Origin: Salisapilia sapeloensis CBS 127946
Lineage: Eukaryota > Protista > Oomycota
Assembly (NCBI GenBank): GCA_023334545.1
Contig: JAADVB010000152.1
Location: 1-46,923 of the forward strand
DNA: 46,923 nt
Reading direction: 5' to 3'
Both the position numbers and the translations under genes were made by a program. The notes below the pieces were generated by a model. That model was given only the letters and a program-made list of their open reading frames with translations, did no database searches and had not been told where the DNA came from. Of the stretch, positions 31,501 through 41,088 are shown in pieces (position 1 is the stretch's first letter; each line of letters begins with the position of its first letter).

Positions 31501-32344
31501 AGTCGACATGTTAGGCGACAGTGGACTCGTAGCAAAGTTAGTGCGATCGAATAGCGCTTTGGTCGCAGTCTGTGTAGCTTTACTCCTTGCTGGCATCTTT
31601 TTGACAGCAATCTGGCGCAGTGTACTGCTTCCTGTCTATAACCGTACAATCGGTGTCGTTGTTGCGAAAGCTCTTACTCGACTTCGCACTTGCACACAAG
31701 CTTGTGGGCGAGTGCTGTGGAAAGTCTTGAAGAAATGTTGCTGCTGTCGGCGGAAAAAGGCATCAGGTGAAGTTGTTCCCATCAATGCGGATGGAACTAG
31801 TCTATCGGAATCTGCAAACCAAGAGAAAAGAGATGTGGATAGTCAAGATAGCAATACCCGAAATGACTCAGGAGATGCTTCTGGAATGTTAAAGAAGAAG
31901 CGCGTCGTCTTGCCGGAGTTCACGGATATCTTTAGGAAATCTATTCCGAAGAAGTACAAACCAGACAAACGATTAGGATACGAACTGAATGAAGATGGAG
32001 ACCTCGTTCGAAACTACGTAGAGGAGACGGCTCTACCCGGTGGTTTGCGTCGCTGGATTGGGACACCAATGCGAACATGGGAAGCACTACCAGCCCCAGT
32101 GAAGATATACGCCATTGAAGCCAACAGCAAGTACGCAGTTGCCGTATCCCAGTTATTAGAAACATCGGAGAAGAAAGCCTTGACTGCTCGTTCGACAGCA
32201 AGAGACACCGCCCGTCAAGAGGCATTAAAGAAAGATGAGGAAACGAAGAAGCAGGCAGATGGCGAGATTGTGAATGCGGTAGATATGACGGAAGGTAAGC
32301 CGTTGAACGACAGTGCCAACAACGCTGTTAATGAAGAAAAGTAG
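28535..32344 (+). CDS. Second OSCA/TMEM63/CSC1-family protein, 1269 aa, paralogue of 18125-22471
   Basis: Same motif series (GIGMQLYF, YAIFVRGLP, CAFVTFNN, PAPEPSNILWENL, KMFSAQFLNT, FNIAERYP), collinear with the first copy. Confidence 0.85.
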   Translation: MDALPTLIVPDDPETGTIERPVTPKPPEPVPNDTDGDTQPLSSKTSARVYPKDVVEKKEERQDVSSRDYKTMAKRANVLANRDRLAGGKKSVFDIKMSDIAALGIGMQLYFMLIKYLSITFLVMGIISLPAIVVNYYGHGVTSNLVDPLELAFASLGNQGVNPEIAANPANCLPIGEIDCTGKTVRTPFTSDPETVTWIITTCDLLYSFIFLLFVVVYHVQAKKAISKHLLENLTPAKYAIFVRGLPRDATEREVMEHFSNLYDLTKEETFRPLWFNVCWGKRRKVKNSLSEEAINRSPVSNVEHLACFSGDKKNMYIDSWVAEVSIGHPTGGLLRTFLAMEILTKKITETKQLKKILEYEKEEASKETNEKMKKKKFRPKDERLLARTIKKLQALDEKLDQKTSKIKALKEPNAVAAPQDDAINKLEKKNSANFKPNLSLKKLPLPQADKTDPNAFDWSACECAFVTFNNLESRRRCLNDYRKSAMYLPRKWQPTELRFRQKHPLIVRPAPEPSNILWENLETTDKERLKRRSITTCVTLLLLFGSVAVISGAQSAQQEFKSKMPPSGLCGYKLPELFYGSTDFEEDSNTWELVWDSNATCPVDSVSNMPAYNITYANGIVNPINHTAPIQDPSNPPVRCTEPCITETSSRICSTLPCFDQNLLDDGDKCETYLESHILYCFCMDALTESIEEYGLKEGAEILWNDYIPCQGFITNYITKNALIVAAACVVVVVNLLLKTILRGFASFERHSSESSKASAISLKMFSAQFLNTAVIVLVVNASLGVDSIPVLKDLFKGEFIDFERNWYPLVGMGITMTMLINAFAPQAAPFLQMLVLFPLKRCWQKRSVRTQEAMNELYAGPQFNIAERYPVILNCVFVTMMFCGGSPVLLFIASLTCGLTYWLDKLSVIHLYSIRTAYDEALGETILGLLPWTLLLHLSFSMWMYGNPDLLQSSKLNLNGLLSTFSIESNTTTNATVYDQFLTEAAKVDMLGDSGLVAKLVRSNSALVAVCVALLLAGIFLTAIWRSVLLPVYNRTIGVVVAKALTRLRTCTQACGRVLWKVLKKCCCCRRKKASGEVVPINADGTSLSESANQEKRDVDSQDSNTRNDSGDASGMLKKKRVVLPEFTDIFRKSIPKKYKPDKRLGYELNEDGDLVRNYVEETALPGGLRRWIGTPMRTWEALPAPVKIYAIEANSKYAVAVSQLLETSEKKALTARSTARDTARQEALKKDEETKKQADGEIVNAVDMTEGKPLNDSANNAVNEEK

Positions 32345-32641
32345 TCTAGATTGCTGAATATACTTGATATGCATCAATTGTTCCTGTTTTATTTATGAAT
32401 AGAGTTTGCAGCCTTAATACCACTAGGTGATCCCATAGACCGTTCTTTTATTTCTAGATAATGGAATAACTTGATTATCCTACGTCGATCTGTCGTCGCA
32501 ACACAGAGCAAAGCAACTTTATACCGTATACTAACCATCTCGTCACATCCAACTTATATCCTGTCTATTATTACGCAAAGCATGGGCTTTCGCCCGATCA
32601 TGCTACCCTTCGCTTTACAAGCGTTTGCCTTCACTAGACTT

Positions 32642-33855
32642 TCATTCATACACAACAAAATGTTCTTTAAAGACTGGTAACGCGTCCTCCCATTCTTCCT
32701 CTTTCACAAGCATAAAATCCTATACGAGAATTATTAATTGAGATACAAGAACTAGTATAGCAATCATCTTACCGTTGAATACGTGCTTAGATAAAACACC
32801 ATCGTCGCGGCCGTTTTCAAGACTGAGGTCTGTGCAGCTACGACGCCAACTTCTCCAAATCCCATTGGTTGCTGTCCGATGTGCACTACCTTCCACGCAT
32901 CCGGAGACACGATCACGCCGCCCTCTCCATTCTCAACTAGCTGCTTCATGCCGTCCAAGAACTCCTTATCGGATGTCACAATGCATACATCGGACCCCAT
33001 GTCCGAGTAATTTAGAAACGCATGACCAGACACACCAGTTTTATCTTCCCCGCTTATCTCTTTGGAAAGTGGCATGAGGTACGGAGAGTGCTGAAAGAGC
33101 AAGCAGACAAGGTCGTACATATGACGCTTAACACAGCTTTTGGTCATCTGCACGACAGAGAGGGAAGAGGACGGAAGACTCAGCGTGTGGTTATGCGAAA
33201 CAAAACTAGTTGGACAGTCGTCTTGGGTCTCTTCTTCCAAGCTGTTGGTGCAAGCATACTCTTCGCCAGTGTCCTCCATCGTGATGTCACATAACGATTG
33301 CAAGCACGAGATGGCATCATCCAAGGCTTCCGTCTTCACGAGAACTAGCTCATCGGTTGGATTAGTAATCGTTCATGCAACAGGAATGAAGGAGACTAGC
33401 CTACCATAATCTGTTTGGTACGTAGAGATCTGGAAAACGCTGATATTATGTTGAGCTAGTATGGTCGTGATCTCCGCGAGTAATTGAAGCTGTGTGTCGA
33501 ATGCTCCTGTGCCAGCCGAAACCACTTGCAATGCTCTCCATCCCGTGCCTTCCGTCTCTAGACCAGTTCCATCAGGAAAAAGCTCTAGAAGTTCTTCATC
33601 CAACACCATTGACACTTCCTCTTCATTCTCAATGTAGCTCAGCACGCGAGATTCATCTGAAGCATCCCATCGATAGAAGAGAATGTCAAGCAATGGAGGT
33701 ACAGCGTGCGCGTAGAAAGCGGGTGTCGAGGCATCTAGAGATTTTGCAAGGCGAGCAATCACAAGTGTAGAGCGCATGCATAGCAGTTGAACCTGTGCCA
33801 TCACACTGATTGACACTCGCGTCGTGCAGACACGGCGAGAAGTGTAGCCATCCAT
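32642..33855 (-). CDS. CASTOR/GATS-like tandem ACT-domain protein, 348-366 aa (ATG 33855 or 33801); introns 33345-33404 and 32720-32772
   Basis: After splicing: YIENEEEVSMVLDEE, WRALQVV, LAQHNISVFQISTYQTDYVLVK, WKVVHIGQQPMGFGEVGVVA and FYLSTYSTDFMLVKE. These are CASTOR1-type ACT repeats. Confidence 0.85.
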
Positions 33856-34596
33856 TCATTTCAGCCTATCGGCGTAGCAAGTTTGGCTGTCAAGTTTTCG
33901 ATTGGTAGAAACTTCGAACATAGTAAAAATAGAACAGTGTCTGCTATGGAAACCTAGCATCAGAAGAAACGTATTCGTAGTAGCTTCCATACGAGCAGCT
34001 ACATGTGAAGTTTTTTATTAGGAGTATGTTGTTTATGTAGCGTTCCACTTGACGGTAAAGGACTCTTGTAGACGCAAGAAGACGAAGAGACTCTACCTTT
34101 TAAACCCACAGGTGTCTCTTCATGCGCAAGATATGTCATGAGAAGGTGCTGTGCTTCAAGAAAATGACGGTTTGATAAAGATTTAACTTGATGAATGTTA
34201 GCTATCTATACCTGCTTAGGATTTAATATCTGACTTTTATCTTTACTACATCCGTGCTCAGAGAGTTTTAAAGCAAAATGCTACCAGCAAAATGGAAGCT
34301 GTATTAAAGCGCCCGAAGAGTCCAACGGTAAAGTCGGTATATTACGAGTGCCATAATGGATCACTTTGGCATTAACTGTTCCTCGCGGTGGCTAGGTTTC
34401 TACGTCCATGGCGTTGGTGGCTGCATATCTGTATGAGGAATGGCCACGAATACCCTTTACCGCGATTTTGGTCCGATCGCAAAAGTAGCCAGTTGCTTTC
34501 TCAAAAATTGCTGATCATGGTAGGCGGGCAAGCCTCCAAGCCCACATTAACGAATTTCTCTCTTCGGAACAACTCCACTCGAACTTCACGAACAAA

Positions 34597-34770
34597 ATGG
34601 CCGTCACCTGTGGAGACATCCCGCGCTTGATCTGTAGTGTTATCATCCCGCCGATCGGTGTCTTCTTCCAAGTCGGCTGCAACAAAGACCTCGCTATCAA
34701 TATTCTGTTAACGCTGCTCGGATACATCCCTGGACTCATTCATGCCGTGTACATTTTGGTGAAGTACTAG
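34597..34770 (+). CDS. PMP3: PMP3/RCI2 (UPF0057) small plasma-membrane proteolipid, 57 aa; not in the ORF track
   Basis: MAVTCGDIPRLICSVIIPPIGVFFQVGCNKDLAINILLTLLGYIPGLIHAVYILVKY* carries the canonical PP-x-GV…INILLTLLGYIPG-x-IHA motif. Confidence 0.93.
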   Translation: MAVTCGDIPRLICSVIIPPIGVFFQVGCNKDLAINILLTLLGYIPGLIHAVYILVKY

Positions 34771-36760
34771 AATGACCAAGCCTGCTCTTCTAGAGCAAAT
34801 ACTGGACGATGCATTGCATCTTGCCTTTAAAAAAACAAGATCTTTTTGATATTCCTTTGAACGCGTGCGTTGCGTTTGCAGTAGTAGAAGATGAAGCAAG
34901 TACTATTTCTGGGCCAGTAAAACTATTCGACTTGAAACGACTTGTATCAGAAAATTGATCCAACTATGAAACGTTTTGATTCGTGGAAATGCGTATATGA
35001 TACTGTGATTTGCTAAAATTTTAAAAAGTTCTGTAGAAGAAAAGAAGTATATTTGTAGGCCACTAAAAATATACAATGATTGCACTTGAAGTTTGTATGA
35101 ATAGCTCGAGTATGTCTACTTGACCCGTTTACGCAGCGCTGCTTAAGACAGATATCGAATGGCAAGCTTATATTGCGTCATCCTTCCGATATGCCATTGT
35201 TCGAGATAGCTACTAGATTACCTTTGGGATATTTGGATAGCTATGCTTTGCGAAAGAAAATATAAATAGCGTGATAAAGTATTTATCCATATACTTTCGA
35301 TAGAGCAAGTCTCCAATCTGTATGCATGGGCTCGCAGCCTAGTGATCGATAAAATAGCGATACAATCATTGTACAGGTATCATAAAGCTCTCGCATACAA
35401 CTGAAACATTCTCATGGACAAGCTATCTTCTAGCTAATCCTCGAAAAGTCAGATCCTGTCAAATCTTATTGATTTGAAGTCTGTTTGATACCAATTTAAT
35501 TGGAGATAGACAACTTCACTGTCAACATTACCACATACACTATACTTGCCATTGTATCTTCGGCGTCCAAACATCAAGAAATTTAAAGCAGAACGCTCTA
35601 TCCACAGCTTTCGCCGGTGACTAAGCCACATTTACATTAGAATCATCGTTATCGTGTACGCGTTTAAAGTTGAAATGCAAATTACACATATATTATCTTT
35701 GAAATGCACGAACAAGTATGAGAGTACTAGCTATAGCACTATAGTGAACCTGGGTGCAACGGTGAACACGTACACACATCATATCGATCTCATCACTCAT
35801 ACAGAGAGTACACTACCTAAATGATGGACCAGATCATAGTAACTAAAAAAAGTGTCGTTGTTTTTCAAAATATCTCTTTATCTAAGAGATTATATCGTTT
35901 CTTTCGGGCCGAGTTCTGCCGATAACATGGAGGAGCATGCTCAGTAATCTGAAAAAGTATTGTTACTTGAAGATCTTGTCTCCACAACTTCGTATTGGCT
36001 TGTCGTCCAGAGTATTCAATCATTGCCATACGACACAGAGGAAAGATTTGATGACAACTAAATGATCAGAGCTAGGTATTCTTGTTCTGATTCTCTCCTG
36101 GAGACCAACATCATCTGTTGTCAAAGTCTCTTCATTGCGAGTATCCAAGTTGCAGATTAACAATGCTTACGACGGCACAATGTCGGCGGATGCAATACAA
36201 AACATTGCCACCTCATGTGGCCGTGACGTGTTCGTTTGCGATGCGCACAGCGTGTATATAAGCAACAACAACTCTTATCTGTCTGCCAAGTGGAGAACAA
36301 TAGAAGCATTTGCACGAGGTAGTGAGATGGATGAGTGTTTCAGGCGGATAGTTTCCATCTCTCTGACGGATGATCTTGACTCGACTCAAAAGACTCTCCT
36401 TCGGTAGCAGAGAGGACTCGTAGAAGATTAGAGTCGTCGTTTGCGCCCGAAGCTTCCATCGAATAGATGTCAGTTGCTGCCTCGACGCAAGATCCCGATC
36501 GTTGCCGAAGGGAATGTCCAATTGTCGTTGCGTATCACGATGCTGATCCACAGCAGCAATCAGTTGCTGCTTATGGTTCGCCGCACCATCCAATTCATAT
36601 CTTGTAACAGTCTGTAATTCATTAGCTGCGATCCTGTACCTCACATAGAGCAGCGGGAATCTTAATGTCGCTACATCATCCGTTCATGCACTTCATCATG
36701 CAATCATTGTCGATAGAAGAGGATGTACCTTTCAAATCACGAAGAATAGCATGATGCGAC

Positions 36761-36798
36761 AAAATATGATGGTAGAAAATATGATGGTAGAAAATATG
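36761..36798. repeat. 15-bp tandem repeat AAAATATGATGGTAG, 2.5 copies
   Basis: Exact copies at 36761-36775 and 36776-36790, partial copy at 36791-36798. Confidence 0.85.
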
Positions 36799-36934
36799 CG
36801 TCTATTTCTTTCTTCGTTTAAAATGCCTTCTAGTCACGGGCCATAGGGAGTTCTTGAACTAGGTTTTCTCGTTCGAATACATATATAATCTCATGTGACG
36901 TCTCCCTTTCACCTCACACAACCTTTGCTTCCTT

Positions 36935-37708
36935 TCACTCCAGTCGTTGTCGACTTTGCTTTTCAGTGTCCGCTTCCTCTCTCTTTCTCTTCTGTGCTTT
37001 GACAGATCCACTCGCAGCGGTTGGAGAGGTATCCATAGTTTCCTGCCGACTACGGCTACTCTCTGTGTTGATCCAAGCGGCGTTCACGATGCAAGTTTTC
37101 GTCTCGTGTGTGTCTTCGCCTTCCAAGTGCTCCAATTGAGCTTGGACGACCACTCGAACTGTCTGTCCTTCTGCAATATCTGTTTCCAGAATTTCCTCCT
37201 GTGTCTTCCCTTCGGCATCCTTTGGTAGCACTAGCGCCGACATCATACTGCAAACACCATGCCGACCTGTACCTAATAACGTCGGTAGCTGATACCGGCA
37301 TACGGGGCAGGTGCTTCTGCTTTGAAACCATGTTTGGGCACAGTCTTTGTGGAACTGATGCCCGCACGGTAGCTGCACTTGCATACCAGCGTCAGTCAAA
37401 CAGACCGGACAGTTGTTCGTGTCGTCCGATAAAGTGTCGAGATCATCAAGGAATCCAGGCATTGCTGGTGCGGCGTTCTGTAGCTTCGGGCCGAGTGTCT
37501 GTAGGACGAAGCGTACCCAGGACGGGTGCTGGAAACTCTGTAAAAGAGCTTTGATACTGGATGTCTTGGGCACAACATATCGAACTCCCACTCGTACGTT
37601 TAGCTCCGAGCTTGTCATCTCGCAGATACAACCTATTATCTTGGCGGCAAATTCGTAAGTGAGCTTCGTATGTTGGATGAAGTTAGCACGTACGATTGCC
37701 CAACCCAT
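36935..37708 (-). CDS. RING-H2 E3 ubiquitin ligase-like protein (226-257 aa; ATG 37618 or 37708)
   Basis: CPVC…LPCGHQFHKDCAQTWFQSRSTCPVCRYQLP (C3H2C3) and a basic NLS-like C-terminus (QKRKR). Confidence 0.85.
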   Translation of the reverse strand: MGWAIVRANFIQHTKLTYEFAAKIIGCICEMTSSELNVRVGVRYVVPKTSSIKALLQSFQHPSWVRFVLQTLGPKLQNAAPAMPGFLDDLDTLSDDTNNCPVCLTDAGMQVQLPCGHQFHKDCAQTWFQSRSTCPVCRYQLPTLLGTGRHGVCSMMSALVLPKDAEGKTQEEILETDIAEGQTVRVVVQAQLEHLEGEDTHETKTCIVNAAWINTESSRSRQETMDTSPTAASGSVKAQKRKREEADTEKQSRQRLE

Positions 37709-40700
37709 CTTGTCGTGGCATCAGATGAGTCTTGCGTAACCAGCCAATAGGTCAGTCACCTGGCTCGTGATCAGAACATACTTTGTATACATTGAAAAAC
37801 TTAGCGGCACATGATTCGATATAGACAAGTCTAGTCAAGCGATCGCAAAGCTTGCTCGAGTACTGATCCGTAACTTTTCTGGATCTTGCCGTGCAGAAGA
37901 GCTTGTGGAAGAAGAAAAAAGAATTAAGGTGGAAAGTGATGGAGGGCGTTTAAAGTGGATTATCACGTTTCATGTTTAAATAGGTGAGAAGCAACTCAGA
38001 CGTATGCACTCTTGTTCTTGTCAGATTTCATCGCAATAATTCACTCGTGATTCGGTGAATGGGCTATCCAAATCTGCGTGGTTAAGATGCTGTCACTTGT
38101 CGCTGGGTACCATATGACACAAAACTACCTTCGTGACAGCGTATGAAGCCGACCTCTTTGCACCGATTTTTTCAATACGATCTAGATACGTGAGTAACTG
38201 CCGCGTCATCCAGCGCATAGCTTCTAACTAGGACCGTAAACGAGTGCGAGGCTGTGGATGTGCCCGGTGGTAAATCATCGAGCAAAGTATGACGCCTACC
38301 AAGGACACTCTATATTGTAGCAGCTTCCAATCGCTAGTCAGTACCGGCGTCGCTTTGCGTGTCATTCCTTTACTTCCCGCATCATCTCCTGATAAAAGCA
38401 TGTAAGATTTTGCCAGTCACACCAAGTTTATTTTGTATCTCACAACGCGCGTTCGTCTAGTCGAGCACGTGCAACAGTCCGACATTCCCTACAATACGTG
38501 TCCTTGAAGAAGCAAATAAATCTACTTACGAACCATTTTTGTAGAGGTACGCAGAGATCGCAACGTGGTCTCCTTGTATCGCAGTTACTCACTTCTCTAA
38601 GAAAGGTTCAGCTTCCTCCGGACGTTGGTGTTTATACTCACTCTTTTGGTGCAGGTCGTTTCACAGTCCACTGATCCTTGGAAAATCGAAATGGTGTCGT
38701 GATAATTGCTCTATGAGGCCGATGCTGTACAAATGATCAAGTCATTAACTGCCTTTTACTTCCCACTACGATTACATGTTACACCACCGCTGGCTTTATA
38801 GATCAATGCTCTTCTTTTGCCGCACAGCCACAACAGCTTCATGTTGATCCGCAAATCAAAGTGCATCAATGTATCCGTATATAATACCGAGCTTCTAAAA
38901 ATGCATAACACAGGTCATTAAAGCGCCTCTCCATTTGTGCGTAAGCTGGCTAGGCGTTCTTAGTAGACGTGGAAACCTTGACTGCCTACCTCATTGGCTT
39001 GCACAAGATACAGCTGACGAAGACGTGCAAGTCTTACCAAATCATCAATTTTATCTCGGTGGATGCTAGTGCAGGAACCAGGGAAGGAAATTGGCCCAGC
39101 TACCAGCGTTTACCAGTGCATTTATTGATGAGTGGTCAAGAAATCACGTAGCTAGGCCACAAAGGGACGAGTGTTGATAAAAATTTATTGTAGTCTTGTC
39201 TCGCGGGCTCGAATTCCGCGCGTTGTCGTATGAGTGATTTTCTTATTCTTTAAAGAAACATATACTGCTATGCCGGCATAACCGAAAGAGCCATAAAGCT
39301 CACGGCGCCAAGCTACCTATAGTCAAGCCAGTGCCAAGTGTTAGTCATAAGTGAATGATATGTTTACATTGCATAAACAGTGGTACGTCAATCCATTCTG
39401 TTCCGTCTCATATGCGGAAGAAAGTCACTTCGTACTCATCTGCGTTGCTGCTTGCTTGCAAAGATACTTTTTTGTCAAGTCGAGGGTATGAACGCTGCTT
39501 ATTTTCTTTTATAAAAACGATTTTGTAATTTATCACGATTATTATAAAATTGAAGTTTTGCTATGCGTCCTGAGCCAATGTCAGAGAGCGCATCTTGCGA
39601 ATCCCTTCGATGCAAACGCATAGGATTTGTTTCGTAGAGACATGCTGAGAAATGACTTTCCTCCAGACAATTCGCGAAGGAATCATGCTCTCTTTTTATC
39701 TGTTCGGATATCAAGTGCGTACGCTTCCCGCCTACTCTCTCTACCTCGTACCGTCAGATCCGACCCCAAGAGCTACCATCGTGTCGACGATACAACTAGC
39801 CATAGATACCCGGTTCTTTTCTATCAGAAGCGGAAGCGGCGTAGAACGCATAGGTTGTTCTTTTATTAGTACTTGTCGTAGCTCGCACGTTATCGTCAGA
39901 TAGTTGATCCGGCTTTGACTTTAGTCAGACTACTGGTTTGTGTATCGTCAACAAAGATCTGAAGTTGAGAACAAGCATCACTATCAAGTGACATTTTGTG
40001 CTTTAATCTTCTTGCGACTCAGCAAGTGACAGTTAGAGCTGACCCGAAAGTTTCGTATTCTTACATGAAATCGTAACCCTGCTTTGCTCAAGAATATGAT
40101 AGCGAGGATCAACATGAGCGCTTGATAATGATGCAGTCCAGAGGCGTCATATGCTAGCTTTGTTTCAGCTCCGAACTTGATCATCGAAATCCGGAAAGAG
40201 TTGGTAGCGTTCATATAACTCGACTACAGTCTTAAAGAGAAAGTTACGAGTCTCTTATTCTTTCAAACTCGTAGAACCGTGCGAGCGATTGGCATCACAT
40301 TGCACTTATCGTGTAGACAAAGCAAACTAGTCAATTGCTTTGCTACATACGAGATATTGCTTCCTCTCATTCTACATCTGACCATCCATTGCCTAGTTGA
40401 AATAAAACTCATTTTTACGGCCTAGCTTTCATTCCGAACTCTTCCAATGAATGCCCCTTTCGTTCTTTGCTGGTAGACAAAAGCAGGCTACAAGTTGGAT
40501 ATAGAAAGAAACTTGGCATCGATCATGAACCTTTATCTCGCAAGCAAATTAATTTACCTAGCAAGTCCACGAACAAATCATTCGGGCTGGCTACAACTAC
40601 TCAAGTTGCTGCTTCGAGTCGACGTCCACTAGCTACGGAACACAGGACAGACACCCTGTGTTTGCGTAAAAGTAGAGCAAGCGAAAAAGCTTACAGCTCT

Positions 40701-41088
40701 AAAGACACGCGTATCTAGCAAATGATATTTCATAAGGAAAGCAAAGAGTGTATCATCTTGTAGTTCTATCCAAAGCTCCGTTGTCTGCTCCCTACGTGCC
40801 AAAGCACTGAAGCACAAGATCGCATACACATTTATGGAACCATGCAGCATACACGTCTCACATACGTATTTCATGAGTATCTACGAGCCCATTCAACCTA
40901 TGCAGACAAAAAAGCATCTACTTAAGAATGAAACACATCAATCGCAATGCTCTCTTATCGCTTCAACCATGTACGATCTTTCAAGATCTGCAAACTCTCT
41001 TAATTTCAGTATACTAGTCTGAGTGGCTGCGCAGGTGGCAGCCACATCCACTTGTTATCGACGGATACGCGACCGCTAGTCCATTGCC

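Noticed and set aside
10230-33855. Apparent endolysosomal cluster (Rab22, FYVE, dysbindin, CASTOR, Tubby)
   Set aside because: The genes are interspersed with unrelated housekeeping genes and these functional categories are common. There is no shared motif or operon-like evidence.
39202-39220. tRNA T-arm-like hairpin GCGGG-CTCGAAT-TCCGC
   Set aside because: The loop deviates from TTCRAAT, and no D-arm, anticodon arm or acceptor stem can be folded upstream. Not called a tRNA.
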